IMG/VR virus record: IMGVR_UViG_3300044712_000083
Location: 1-64,000 of that record
Direction: 5' to 3' (one strand)
Origin: a virus
DNA: 64,000 nucleotides
Part shown: positions 9,183-19,024 of the stretch, piece after piece
Layout: each line of letters begins with the position of its first letter
Position numbering within the stretch: position 1 is the stretch's first letter
Position numbers and translations under genes: made by a program
Notes under the pieces: generated by a model
Seen by the model: the letters and a program-made list of their open reading frames with translations, nothing else
Database searches by the model: none
What the model was told of the DNA's origin: nothing

Positions 9183-9454
9183 GATATTCTCCACTGATAT
9201 TAAGTGGAATGATAATTGGTTTAGCTTGGGGTTTGTCAAATAACAAAACTCAAAAAGAAACTGAAGCACCTGTTATGTCTAAATGTGATAGTTTAGTTTT
9301 GGCTAATGATTCGTTGTCTAGAAAATTGGAAGTAGCAAACAGACGTGTACAACAATATAAAATAGGCTTATGGTTCTTACGTGATAAGAACAGACAAGCT
9401 TATGACTATGTGATTAATGCTGGTAATCTAAACTTTCAAAACGAATGGCAATAG
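9170..9454 (+). CDS. membrane-anchored coiled-coil protein
   Basis: N-terminal TM; DSL motifs resemble Bacteroidota O-glycosylation sites. Confidence 0.6.
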   Translation: MAMLRYSPLILSGMIIGLAWGLSNNKTQKETEAPVMSKCDSLVLANDSLSRKLEVANRRVQQYKIGLWFLRDKNRQAYDYVINAGNLNFQNEWQ

Positions 9455-9594
9455 TAATAGCAATTGTTCTACTCATCTCTGGGCTTATAGCCTGGAGATG
9501 GGTTGTAGGTATAGCCTACATGCATGAGAATCATCCTGATTATAAGGGTGAAGATTTATTTGGTGAAGATAAACAACAAAATGATGTTAAATAA
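9445..9594 (+). CDS. small membrane protein (HPDYKGEDL type; not in ORF track)
   Basis: MAIVIAIVLLISGLIAWRWVVGIAYMHENHPDYKGEDLFG... Confidence 0.6.
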   Translation: MAIVIAIVLLISGLIAWRWVVGIAYMHENHPDYKGEDLFGEDKQQNDVK

Positions 9595-9757
9595 ACTAAT
9601 TGTAGTAGCACTACTTTGCGCATCTTGTGAAGCACAAGAGCCACCAAAACCAATAAGCGTAGAGAAGCTTACGAAGTCTTATTCTATTAATCATCAACCA
9701 CATACTGGAGTATTTAATCCACAATATTTACCAAACTTAAAATACAATGGAAAATGA
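9581..9757 (+). CDS. putative small lipoprotein
   Basis: MMLNKLIVVALLCASC. Confidence 0.5.
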   Translation: MMLNKLIVVALLCASCEAQEPPKPISVEKLTKSYSINHQPHTGVFNPQYLPNLKYNGK

Positions 9758-10115
9758 ATTTGTAACATACGAGCAAGCATTAGCCTTAAAGGAATTAGGG
9801 TTTGATTGGGGAACTTATGAGCATTATGATTCGCATACAAAAGAAATATGTGACATAATGAAACACGTTCGTGCTCCACTTAAACAACAAGTATTTAGAT
9901 GGTTTAGGGATAGAAGAATATTAGGAGAAGTTAGGCCAATAGATGATTGGAATCATTGGGGGTTCTTAATAAGTGAAAAAGATTGTCAGTCTCCATTCTA
10001 TATTTCTTATTCAACAGATATGGACTTTAAGGAATATTATATCTACGAAGAAGCAGAGAATGCTTGTATAGATAAACTTATAGAAATAGCTAAACAACAA
10101 GACAATGGAAAGTAA
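9747..10115 (+). CDS. conserved Bacteroidota-phage hypothetical protein
   Basis: EFVTYEQALALKELGFD...APLKQQVFRWFR...YEEAE pattern. Confidence 0.75.
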   Translation: MENEFVTYEQALALKELGFDWGTYEHYDSHTKEICDIMKHVRAPLKQQVFRWFRDRRILGEVRPIDDWNHWGFLISEKDCQSPFYISYSTDMDFKEYYIYEEAENACIDKLIEIAKQQDNGK

Positions 10116-10314
10116 ACAAACTGCAGTAGAGTGGCTAATAGACAAAGTAGAAGACCATTTCTGTTTATTACCAGTAGATTTAATTGAACAAGCACAAGAA
10201 ATGGAGAAAAAGCAAAAATATCAAGCCCAAAGAGAAAGTTATGACGAAGGTTGGTTAGAAGCTACACAATACATTTTTAAAAAATATAAAGAACAAGAGG
10301 ATGGAAATTTATAA
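10105..10314 (+). CDS. hypothetical protein (QTAVEWL type)
   Basis: KQTAVEWL...EQAQEMEK motif. Confidence 0.7.
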   Translation: MESKQTAVEWLIDKVEDHFCLLPVDLIEQAQEMEKKQKYQAQRESYDEGWLEATQYIFKKYKEQEDGNL

Positions 10315-10495
10315 CTTTGTATTCCATTATAATCATTACGATGATTTGTGGTATGCCATCCATAGGGATAGGTGGACAGATTATTGGAATGGTGAAAGAG
10401 AAAATAAAGATGGAAAGCCCATCTATTTCTCTACAAGAATGAAAGATTTAGTATATCTAATACAAGAAGATGCAGGTACTCATATACGACATTGA
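10301..10495 (+). CDS. hypothetical protein
   Basis: ORF overlapping the polymerase start. Confidence 0.65.
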   Translation: MEIYNFVFHYNHYDDLWYAIHRDRWTDYWNGERENKDGKPIYFSTRMKDLVYLIQEDAGTHIRH

Positions 10496-12419
10496 AACGA
10501 TGCAGGAGTTCTTCCTGATGAATGTCTGCGAACCTGAAACAAAGGAATGTCACGAGTTTATGGTTAGCAAATGGCATAATAATCTTGATGCAATGGTTAA
10601 GTTCATTGATGATCACAAAGATTTCTATTTTGTTGGCTACAATAACTTACGATTTGACTCACAAGTTGTAGAATGGATTCTTCGTAACTACGATAACTGG
10701 CACCACAAGGACAATCTAGAGATTGCAGCTATGATTGCCCAGAAAGCACAAGATGTTATCCATGATGCAAACTTTGAGGTGTTTCCTGAATACAGAGAAC
10801 AAGATTTGTCATTCAAACAAATAGATCTTTTCAAGGTGAATCACTACGATAATAAGAATCGTATGGTTTCCTTGAAGAGACTAGAGTTTGAGATGGATCT
10901 TGAGAACATCGAAGAGATGCCTATTCACCATAGTAAGGTGAATATGACTCAGGAAGAAATCGAGATCACTCGTGACTATTGCAAGAATGACGTGTTTGCT
11001 ACTTATGAATTCTATAAGATAACTACAGGTCAATGTGATCATCCATTATACAAAGGAAACGATCAGCTACAATTGAGACAGGATATACAAGAAGAGTTTG
11101 GTATTCCTTGTCTTAACTATTCTGATAGTAAGATTGGTGATGAGATGATTAAGAAATACTATTGCCAGGAGAAGAAAATACAATACACAGACTTACCCAA
11201 GAAAGGTTTCTTCAGAAAAGAAATCAAGGTGAAGAACTGTATTGCTCCATATGTTACATTTAAAACTACACAGCTACAGACATTCCTAAAGAAAATGAAA
11301 GGAACTACGCTTGGGCTGCAAGATGATTTTAAAGAGCATATAGATTTCTATGGTAATACTTACTCGTTTATGAAAGGTGGTTTGCACACAGAAAACAAAC
11401 CAGAAATATTTGAAGCAAATGAAGAATATGAGATTATTGACTGGGATGTTTCTAGTTACTATCCTGCTATCATTATCAATAATGGTAAGTATCCCGCTCA
11501 TCTTGGTAAGGAGTTTCTTGAAGGTTATAAACAGATGTTTAATAAGCGTTTGGAACTCAAACCGCAAGCGAAGAAGGATAGAAAGATAGCTGGTATTGTA
11601 GGAGCACTGAAGTTAGCTGTAAACTCTGTCTATGGTAAAAGTTCTGATATGCAGAGCTGGATCTATGACAGACAACTAACTATGTTCACTACTATCACTG
11701 GTGAATTGTCTTTGATGATGCTTATAGAAGCATATGAGTTAGCTGGCATACATGCTATATCTGCTAATACAGATGGTGTAACAATTAGAATTAAGAAAAC
11801 CGACATACCAAAAATGCATGAGATTAATGCTTGGTGGTCACAACTAACAAAATATGAACTTGAACGAACCGACTACGCAAAAATTATCTTCTCAACTGTC
11901 AATGACTATTTGGCGATTAAAACTGATGGAGGAATCAAGAAGAAAGGAGATTTTCTTACTGATTTCGAGTTGCATAAGAATAAGTCTGCTCGTATCGTGC
12001 CTCTTGCTCTTGAACAATTCTTCATCAACGGTACGAGTGTCGCTGATACTATTAACAGTCATAGACATGTGTATGATTTTTGTATGCGTCAAAGAGCTAA
12101 TCGAGATTTCCATTTTGAGGGAAAATCTGAAAAGGGAACGACAATCTATAACAAACTTATTAGGTTTTACGTTTCTAGAACTGGAGAAAAGCTTCTAAAA
12201 GTAAAAAATGCAGATTCTACATCTGGTGCACCACCAGTCTCACAAGTGGAGGCAGGTGAATGGGTAATGACCGTATGTAATAAACTATCTAAAGATCATC
12301 CTATGGATAATATCAATAGAGAGTATTATATAGAACGTGCACAGAAGATGGTGGATAAGATTCTGCTCGGAGGTAGAAAGCCTATCTTCGTAGATCCAAA
12401 TCAATTATCATTATTTTAA
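10470..12419 (+). CDS. polB: family B DNA polymerase with 3'-5' exonuclease
   Basis: Exo motifs YDIET, YNNLRFD, YCKND; polymerase motifs DVSSYYP, KLAVNSVYGK, SANTDG. Confidence 0.93.
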   Translation: MQVLIYDIETMQEFFLMNVCEPETKECHEFMVSKWHNNLDAMVKFIDDHKDFYFVGYNNLRFDSQVVEWILRNYDNWHHKDNLEIAAMIAQKAQDVIHDANFEVFPEYREQDLSFKQIDLFKVNHYDNKNRMVSLKRLEFEMDLENIEEMPIHHSKVNMTQEEIEITRDYCKNDVFATYEFYKITTGQCDHPLYKGNDQLQLRQDIQEEFGIPCLNYSDSKIGDEMIKKYYCQEKKIQYTDLPKKGFFRKEIKVKNCIAPYVTFKTTQLQTFLKKMKGTTLGLQDDFKEHIDFYGNTYSFMKGGLHTENKPEIFEANEEYEIIDWDVSSYYPAIIINNGKYPAHLGKEFLEGYKQMFNKRLELKPQAKKDRKIAGIVGALKLAVNSVYGKSSDMQSWIYDRQLTMFTTITGELSLMMLIEAYELAGIHAISANTDGVTIRIKKTDIPKMHEINAWWSQLTKYELERTDYAKIIFSTVNDYLAIKTDGGIKKKGDFLTDFELHKNKSARIVPLALEQFFINGTSVADTINSHRHVYDFCMRQRANRDFHFEGKSEKGTTIYNKLIRFYVSRTGEKLLKVKNADSTSGAPPVSQVEAGEWVMTVCNKLSKDHPMDNINREYYIERAQKMVDKILLGGRKPIFVDPNQLSLF

Positions 12420-12805
12420 TGGCAGGAACAGAAAAACAACGCGAAGAGATCAACAGGAAGTTGGTCTCTATGCAAATGGAGATGATTGGTCTCACGTATG
12501 AAGATGCTATGAATACACCAGAGTTTTGGCGTGTCTATACATTAACTACAGAACAGAATGAACAATGGCGTAAGAAAGCTTTGTTATTAATCAAGAAGAC
12601 ATTCAAGATTAATTCAACTAAAGCACGTTCTATTATGGATTTCTTTGAGTTGACTTTAGGATTAAGAGTTTATGATCCTGTAAAACCAGTAGAAATGGAG
12701 GATACAACATTTAATACAGTTCCTCCCCCACCAGATTTGTTTTGGACAGTAAAAGAACCTACGTTGTGGGAAAAAATCAAAAACTTTTTTAAATCATGGC
12801 AGTAA
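12419..12805 (+). CDS. hypothetical protein
   Basis: TAATG-coupled ORF. Confidence 0.7.
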   Translation: MAGTEKQREEINRKLVSMQMEMIGLTYEDAMNTPEFWRVYTLTTEQNEQWRKKALLLIKKTFKINSTKARSIMDFFELTLGLRVYDPVKPVEMEDTTFNTVPPPPDLFWTVKEPTLWEKIKNFFKSWQ

Positions 12806-12999
12806 CTTCAACAAAAACAGTTCCTAGTGAATACATGTATGTAGTCAAAGAGCTTAAAGATGGTAAAGAAAGGTTTAGATTACACATGACTGGTGTAGCT
12901 GCAAAGAGATATAAAACAGAGCGTGAAGCTGCACTAGCAGCAGACATGCAACTCCTCAAACAAGGAAAAGAACCTGTTAATATACTCAAACGTAAATAA
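12796..12999 (+). CDS. AP2-like DNA-binding protein
   Basis: YMYV...RFR.....KRYKTEREAALAAD resembles the AP2 beta-beta-beta-alpha consensus. Confidence 0.55.
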   Translation: MAVTSTKTVPSEYMYVVKELKDGKERFRLHMTGVAAKRYKTEREAALAADMQLLKQGKEPVNILKRK

Positions 13000-13059
13000 T
13001 ACCCAAAAGGGTATAAAGTTGCACTATAGTGAAACTTTTATACCTAAAAGGGTATAAAA
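12999..13059. repeat. compound palindrome: two ATACC(C/T)AAAAGGGTAT boxes around a central inverted repeat
   Basis: ATACCCAAAAGGGTAT + AAAGTTGCACTATAGTGAAACTTT + TATACCTAAAAGGGTATA. Confidence 0.75.
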
Positions 13060-13091
13060 AAAGCCTCAGAGAGATCTGGGGCTTTTCTTTT
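13056..13091. terminator. bidirectional terminator
   Basis: AAAAAAAGCCTCAGA-GAGA-TCTGGGGCTTTTCTTTT. Confidence 0.75.
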
Positions 13092-13224
13092 ACACTTCCT
13101 TATCAAGTACCAAAGGCTTCATGTGTTTTCGTTCAGAACGAATGATTGTAGACTTTGAGAACTTAGAGAGTGTAGCTCCTAATGAAGAGCAAATTAGCAT
13201 AACAGCAATTAATAGATGTATCAT
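13090..13224 (-). CDS. counter-oriented 44-aa membrane peptide (not in ORF track)
   Basis: MIHLLIAVMLICSSLGATLSKFSKSTIIRSERKHMKPLVLDKEV*, with an upstream TATCTTTG and a downstream terminator. Confidence 0.6.
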   Translation of the reverse strand: MIHLLIAVMLICSSLGATLSKFSKSTIIRSERKHMKPLVLDKEV

Positions 13225-13241
13225 AGTGTATATTATTTCAA

Positions 13242-13249
13242 CAAAGATA
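13242..13249 (-). promoter_or_regulatory. Bacteroidota sigma-A -7 element
   Basis: TATCTTTG fits TAnnTTTG, 17 nt upstream of the ATG; no clear -33 element. Confidence 0.5.
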
Positions 13250-13343
13250 TGTCAAATAATTGTATTATGCTAATAAGAATTGCATTTTACCAAGAACTTG
13301 ATAAAAGTTCTTTATTTATTCACATTTTAACACAAACACAATT

Positions 13344-13643
13344 ATGGGAGCATCAACCGCAATAGCAATTGCAACAATGGCAGCAGCAAATTCTGCAAAC
13401 AATTATCATCACCACCATCAACCCAGTGCTGATGAGAACGCACAAGCATTAGCTGTAGGATTAGCATTGGTTGCATTACCAATACTATGGATTCTATTTA
13501 CATCTATTAGACAACTGTTTAAAAGAGATAAATACTATAACTTCTTTGACGAAAATGATTTTGCACTAATTTCATTAGCTGTACTTGGAGGATTCGGACT
13601 ATTCATAGCACTTGTAGAAGTAATTTACACATTAATTAAATAA
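13344..13643 (+). CDS. two-TM membrane protein with His tract
   Basis: HHHHH followed by two hydrophobic helices. Confidence 0.7.
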   Translation: MGASTAIAIATMAAANSANNYHHHHQPSADENAQALAVGLALVALPILWILFTSIRQLFKRDKYYNFFDENDFALISLAVLGGFGLFIALVEVIYTLIK

Positions 13644-13647
13644 TACC

Positions 13648-13908
13648 TTGGCAGATATCGCAATGTGTATGGACATGCAATGTCCTATGAAGTTTAGCTG
13701 TTATAGACACACAGCACCATGGAATCCGTTTAGACAAACCATCTTATCGGAATCATCTCGTGAAGAGGGTAAGTTTTATTGTAAAGATTTCTGGGATAAC
13801 ACAGGAAGAACATTAGATGTTAAATTTAAAGAATATCAAACAGATGGCACAGTTCACAAAACACTCCCTAGAAAGAAGGAGAGCAAGAAGAAAGAAGCAA
13901 GCAAGTAG
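13648..13908 (+). CDS. Cys-rich hypothetical protein (DIxMC..CP...CYR)
   Basis: Cys pattern common in phage small proteins; TTG start. Confidence 0.65.
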   Translation: MADIAMCMDMQCPMKFSCYRHTAPWNPFRQTILSESSREEGKFYCKDFWDNTGRTLDVKFKEYQTDGTVHKTLPRKKESKKKEASK

Positions 13909-14095
13909 AAACATGCAAACAGGTGATCAAGCTATTCAAAATGCTTTGGAAAAAGGATACATCACCCAAGAACAAGTGAAGGAGTATTATCAAATGAAAA
14001 AGAAGAAAGAAGCTGATAAACAGAAGCTTAAGAAAGATCTTAAGTTCAAGCGTCCAGCTAGAATATTCACAGGTTTAAACACAAATTCAATGTAA
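13844..14095 (+). CDS. basic hypothetical protein
   Basis: ORF; overlaps the previous gene. Confidence 0.45.
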   Translation: MAQFTKHSLERRRARRKKQASRNMQTGDQAIQNALEKGYITQEQVKEYYQMKKKKEADKQKLKKDLKFKRPARIFTGLNTNSM

Positions 14096-14096
14096 C

Positions 14097-14303
14097 ATGA
14101 ATGCACAAATCAAACAGTCAATAGAGAATATATTAATGTATTCCTTGATAGAAGAACGCAATAGTTTAGAAGAGTTAATCTTCACAAACTTTGATGTAGA
14201 TGTATCTAAATGGTCAGATGAACGTTTATACAATTACTGTATAAATCAAGGCATAGACCACATATGGACAGATTTTCATAACTTAACTTTATTACTAAAA
14301 TAA
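14097..14303 (+). CDS. hypothetical protein
   Basis: ORF in operon. Confidence 0.6.
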   Translation: MNAQIKQSIENILMYSLIEERNSLEELIFTNFDVDVSKWSDERLYNYCINQGIDHIWTDFHNLTLLLK

Positions 14304-14527
14304 TGTACTTAGAAGAAGATTTTGAACACGCAGCAGCCAAAGATTTCGTATATTTGTTGGCTGATGAGATGCTAGATGAGCACCTCCCAAAAATAGAAGT
14401 TGTAGATAAAGATAAAGTATTTAAAGATGAAGATAGACATAAGCGTAGAACAGTTCGAAGATATGATTTCAAAGGGATATACGATGGACATGGTATTCCT
14501 GCTGATGATGATACACGAACAGTATGA
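14303..14527 (+). CDS. hypothetical protein
   Basis: TAATG-coupled ORF. Confidence 0.55.
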   Translation: MYLEEDFEHAAAKDFVYLLADEMLDEHLPKIEVVDKDKVFKDEDRHKRRTVRRYDFKGIYDGHGIPADDDTRTV

Positions 14528-15050
14528 TGTCAAATTAATATCTGAAGACAATCCTAAATTACAAATCTTATGTCAATCCATTCATAGAAAGGGATTGATT
14601 ACAGCAGAGTATAGAATAACAGAAACAGGAACCAAGCTGCTAGAATATCTGAAAGCTAAAACTCGACAGAAGTTCGTGAAGCCTAAGATTTCTGCACAAG
14701 AGTTTGATGACTGGTGGGAAGCTTATCCTGGAACTGATTCCTTCGAGCATGCAGGAAGAAAGTTTCAGGGAAGCCGCTCCCTACGTTCTGGTAAGGAAGA
14801 CTGTAGAGTTAAATTTAATGTCATCTTATCAGAGAAAGAGTATACAGCACAAGAATTGATAGATGCAATGAAACATGATGTTCTATTGAAGAAAGAAGCA
14901 TCTGTTAAAGAGGGAAGAAATAAACTATCGTTTATGCAGAACTCTCTAACATATCTTAATCAAAGAAGTTATGAACCATTCATTGAATTGATTAGAGCTG
15001 GAGTAGAAGTTAAACAATCAACTAAACCCGTAGGAGGAACGGATATATAA
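14427..15050 (+). CDS. putative replication initiator / replisome organiser
   Basis: wHTH-like GLI..Y.ITE.G, FDDWWEAYP and TYLNQ motifs; lies before the helicase. Confidence 0.6.
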   Translation: MKIDISVEQFEDMISKGYTMDMVFLLMMIHEQYDVKLISEDNPKLQILCQSIHRKGLITAEYRITETGTKLLEYLKAKTRQKFVKPKISAQEFDDWWEAYPGTDSFEHAGRKFQGSRSLRSGKEDCRVKFNVILSEKEYTAQELIDAMKHDVLLKKEASVKEGRNKLSFMQNSLTYLNQRSYEPFIELIRAGVEVKQSTKPVGGTDI

Positions 15051-15235
15051 TGGAAGCACAAAGAAGAGCTGATGAATTATTATGGTATGCTGAACAGTAT
15101 GGCTATGATAAAAGAACATCCATAGACATGGTGTTATTTGCTGTGGATAAGATTATTAATTATGGAAACATAGATCGTACAGAAGAAAGTTTCTATTGCG
15201 ATGTTATGGATCAATTAGAAAGGATGAGATCATGA
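15050..15235 (+). CDS. hypothetical protein
   Basis: Coupled ORF. Confidence 0.6.
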   Translation: MEAQRRADELLWYAEQYGYDKRTSIDMVLFAVDKIINYGNIDRTEESFYCDVMDQLERMRS

Positions 15236-16308
15236 GTTTTCAAGATTTAAAAGTAGCAGTTGAAGATGGCTTGAGTGGTAAGAACGGTGGTATTCCTATG
15301 GGGTTCGATAGATTGAACAGATACATTGGTATCAGGAAGTCTATGTATACTCTTGTAGGTGGACTAACTGGTTCTGGTAAAACTTCATTCATCGATGATG
15401 CGTATGTACTAAATCCATTTGATTGGTCTATTAGCCCAGAGGGACAAACCTCTGGGATTAATCTAAAGATCATCTATAGATCAATGGAGCGTAGTAGAAC
15501 CTACAAGTATGCTAAATGGATTAGTAGGAAAATATTCCTAGATCACGGTGTGATCATTCCTGTAAGCAAGATGCTAGGTTGGACTGATAAGATGACTCAT
15601 GATGAACATGATTTGTTCTTACAGTATGAAGAGTATGGTGAGTTGATGAAAGAAAAAATTACTATCATCGATGGACCAGAGAATCCTGTAGGTATAGCAA
15701 AAGAACTCAAAGACTATGCTTTAGAACGTGGTGAAGTTATTCAGATGGATAAATGGAATAAGAAATATGTTCCTAATGATCCTAGTGAAATAACTCTTGT
15801 AGTGATTGACCATATTGGTTTGTTAAAACTAACAAAGGATCATCCTACAAAGAAACAATCTATAGATAAGATGTCTGATGAATTGCGTTATGCCCGTGAC
15901 TTCTATGGTTATTCACCAGTGGTAGTTAGTCAGTTCAATCGTGACATTGCTAATCCAATGCGTATTAAGAATGGTGATGTTGAACCACAATTGGAGGATT
16001 TCAAAGAGTCAAGTTCTACACAAGATGACGCTGATGTAGTGTTAGCATTATTTGATCCTATGCGTTATAAGGTTGAAGATCCAAGTGGATATCAACTAGA
16101 TAGACTAAAGGATGAATATGGTGCAAAGTATTTCAGATCACTACGACTAATTAAGAATAGTTATGGTGAAGATGATGTACGAATAGGCTTAGGCTTTCTT
16201 GGTCAAATTGGTATGTTCAAAGAGCTACCAAGGAAAAAAGATATGACTGAGTCTGATTATGAATCTGTAGTAAATAAAACATTTTTCTTACAACATGGGA
16301 GATATTAG
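15232..16308 (+). CDS. dnaB: DnaB-like replicative helicase
   Basis: GIPMGF, GGLTGSGKT, VVIDHIGLL, SQFNR, QDDADVV. Confidence 0.9.
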   Translation: MSFQDLKVAVEDGLSGKNGGIPMGFDRLNRYIGIRKSMYTLVGGLTGSGKTSFIDDAYVLNPFDWSISPEGQTSGINLKIIYRSMERSRTYKYAKWISRKIFLDHGVIIPVSKMLGWTDKMTHDEHDLFLQYEEYGELMKEKITIIDGPENPVGIAKELKDYALERGEVIQMDKWNKKYVPNDPSEITLVVIDHIGLLKLTKDHPTKKQSIDKMSDELRYARDFYGYSPVVVSQFNRDIANPMRIKNGDVEPQLEDFKESSSTQDDADVVLALFDPMRYKVEDPSGYQLDRLKDEYGAKYFRSLRLIKNSYGEDDVRIGLGFLGQIGMFKELPRKKDMTESDYESVVNKTFFLQHGRY

Positions 16309-17389
16309 AGATCAACTACAGCTAGAAGCTACAGAAGCATATCTAGCTGGTAATCCCAAAACTTGCTTTAATATTAGTGTTAGGTTTGGTAAAACCAGAC
16401 TTGGCATTATGATTATGCAAGCTTTGAAGTCAAAGCGTGTTCTCATTCTTTATCCTGAAGTAAATATTAAAAAAGCTTGGGAGGATGAGTTTGAGAAAAT
16501 GGGATGGAGACCTGAAGAGGTTGTCTATTCTACATACATATCACTAATTAAACAGAGTGATGAAGTGTATGATTTTATAGTTGGTGACGAGATACACAAG
16601 GCATCAGAGAATGCGTTGTTTAATCTAGATAACCTGTTACATAGCAATAGAAGATTCTTGGGCTTGTCTGGTACATACTCAGATAAGACAAAGTATGAGC
16701 TATGGGAGTATTGTAGATTGAGAATCAGTCATGAATACAATACAGAAGCAGCTATCGAAGATAACATCGTAGCTAACTATGAAGTAAATGTAGTTACATT
16801 TAATGTAGATGCACACAATCAGTATCTCAAGAAAACAAAGACTAAACAGTGGATGACCACAGAGGTGAAAGAGCTTGCTTATTTGACCAAAGTGCTAGAC
16901 ACTGCTAAAGCTAGTGGTAGAGATATGAAGTTCCCTGCATTAAACAGGATGCGATTTATTAATAAACTACCATCTCTTAAAAGAAATACACAAATCCTAA
17001 TGCATCATTTAAAAGATAAGCGTTATCTATTATATGGAGCAGATACAGATTTTGTAGATGGGCTGGGAATTCCTACACATCATTCCAAGAATATCAAGGA
17101 AGACAATCTTAAGAAGTTTCAAGATGGTGAGATTAATCAGCTCGGTTTAGTACAACTTGCTTCACAAGGAGTAACTTTCAAAAATTTAGACACAGTTATA
17201 ATCACAAATATTAACTCTAATTCAGAAAATTTATTCCAGAAGTTAGGTCGTACTTTACTTCAAGAAGCATCCAAAGTCTCTCAAATATACATCCTTTGCA
17301 CAGAAGAAGAGTTCCAAAAAAAGTGGCTTTTCAAAGCGTTACAGGACATTCCGAGAGAAAAAATTACGTTTAAGAATTTTAATTATTGA
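16295..17389 (+). CDS. superfamily 2 helicase
   Basis: RFGKT, DEIH, LSGT, QKLGR motifs. Confidence 0.85.
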   Translation: MGDIRDQLQLEATEAYLAGNPKTCFNISVRFGKTRLGIMIMQALKSKRVLILYPEVNIKKAWEDEFEKMGWRPEEVVYSTYISLIKQSDEVYDFIVGDEIHKASENALFNLDNLLHSNRRFLGLSGTYSDKTKYELWEYCRLRISHEYNTEAAIEDNIVANYEVNVVTFNVDAHNQYLKKTKTKQWMTTEVKELAYLTKVLDTAKASGRDMKFPALNRMRFINKLPSLKRNTQILMHHLKDKRYLLYGADTDFVDGLGIPTHHSKNIKEDNLKKFQDGEINQLGLVQLASQGVTFKNLDTVIITNINSNSENLFQKLGRTLLQEASKVSQIYILCTEEEFQKKWLFKALQDIPREKITFKNFNY

Positions 17390-17438
17390 AATTAATTACG
17401 TAAATTAGATGTATTAAATAACAACAAAATAACTAAAT

Positions 17439-18110
17439 ATGAGCTCAAAGTTAATCGGGGTTGTAGGGCCTACAGGAACGGGAAAATCCACATCCATCAA
17501 GCACCTAGATCCAAAGGAAACGTACATCATCAATGTAGCAAAGAAAGAACTACCTTTCAAAGGTTCTGAAAAACTGTACAACACAGAGAATAAGAACTAT
17601 GCAGAATTAGATGACGCAGTTGATATCTCACGTAGATTACGTGCTATATCAGACAAGGCACCACACATTAAGAATATCGTGATTGAGGATTCAAACTACA
17701 TCATGGGTTTCAATATGGTTGCACGTGCTACAGAAAAAGGTTACGAAAAGTTTACAATTATGGCGAGAGACATGGTAGATTTATTCCGTGAAGCTCGTAA
17801 CTTGCGTGACGATTTGAAAGTGTTCTACTTTACACATCCAGAAACTGTTGAAGACGCTGGTGAGATTGTAGGATACAAAATCAAAACTGCTGGTAAGTTG
17901 ATTGACAATCAAATTGTATTAGAGGGATTGCTTACAATCTGTTTATATACAAACATTGAAGAATCAAAAGATGGTACCGTTACTTATAGCTTTGTAACTA
18001 ATCGCTATAGAAAGTATCCAGCAAAGAGTCCTGATGGAATGTTTCCTGAAATCTTGATTCCTAACAATTTGCAACAAGTTGCAGATATTATTGATGAGTA
18101 TTACAAATAA
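17439..18110 (+). CDS. AAA_24 / Sak4-like P-loop ATPase
   Basis: GPTGTGKS, IVIED, THPE, AKSP. Confidence 0.8.
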   Translation: MSSKLIGVVGPTGTGKSTSIKHLDPKETYIINVAKKELPFKGSEKLYNTENKNYAELDDAVDISRRLRAISDKAPHIKNIVIEDSNYIMGFNMVARATEKGYEKFTIMARDMVDLFREARNLRDDLKVFYFTHPETVEDAGEIVGYKIKTAGKLIDNQIVLEGLLTICLYTNIEESKDGTVTYSFVTNRYRKYPAKSPDGMFPEILIPNNLQQVADIIDEYYK

Positions 18111-18138
18111 ATTATAAACAAATAAACAAAAACAAAGT

Positions 18139-18999
18139 ATGGCTATTACAGGTTCAAAAAGAGAGTCTCTAGAGACAAAAGAGTTTGCTAAGAAGGTAGG
18201 TTTATTCGAAGCAAAGGTTATTGCAATCAACCCTGATGCAGAGTGGTACAATGATGTGTTGGGTATGCAATTGAAAGAAGATAGTAAGGCTACTGTCTAT
18301 CTAGGAGTAACAGATGAGGGAGTTAAAACTCTACGTGTTGATGTGTGGTTACAAGACATCAAGACTTCTGACAAGTTCAAGGTAGCGTTCTATCTAAAAG
18401 ACAAACCTGTTATCAGTAAGTCTGGCAAGACACAATTTATCACAGACCAATGTTCTACAACTTATGCAGACAGTGAAGATTATTTACCAACTTGGTTCAC
18501 AAAACGTGAATATCACGTGTGTAGAGAAGGCGAAGCTGAATTATGTTCTTTCTTGGCAACATGGACTAACATCAACTTCTATGAAGACTCTGAAGCTCAA
18601 ATATTATTAGAGTGGAAAGACTTGATGAAGGGAAATGTTTCTGAATTGCGTGATCAGATTGATGAATGCACTAAAGAAACAGTTGTAGCAATGGCTACAG
18701 TTAAGACTGTTGAGACAGCAGATGGTGTTAAAGAATATCAATCTGTATTTAACAAGGCATTCATGCCAGGTTATGGATTACGTCAAATCAGACAGATTAA
18801 TGTAGATAAGATGTACATTGATCGCATTACTAGAAAACCATCTAAAGAATTGAAGATGTATGACAGATTCATTCTTAAGATTGCAGGAGAGTATGGTTGC
18901 AAAGAATTCTATACATTCAATGAATTAAAAGAATACAATGCAGCTGATAACTTCGTAGCATCTGATAAAGTTATTTCAGATGATGGAGATGATTTTTAA
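18139..18999 (+). CDS. putative ssDNA-binding/replication protein
   Basis: KVIAINP motif, acidic DDGDDF tail, position between ATPase and primase. Confidence 0.55.
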   Translation: MAITGSKRESLETKEFAKKVGLFEAKVIAINPDAEWYNDVLGMQLKEDSKATVYLGVTDEGVKTLRVDVWLQDIKTSDKFKVAFYLKDKPVISKSGKTQFITDQCSTTYADSEDYLPTWFTKREYHVCREGEAELCSFLATWTNINFYEDSEAQILLEWKDLMKGNVSELRDQIDECTKETVVAMATVKTVETADGVKEYQSVFNKAFMPGYGLRQIRQINVDKMYIDRITRKPSKELKMYDRFILKIAGEYGCKEFYTFNELKEYNAADNFVASDKVISDDGDDF

Positions 19000-19024
19000 A
19001 TCAAGCGTTTATACACTGACAGCA

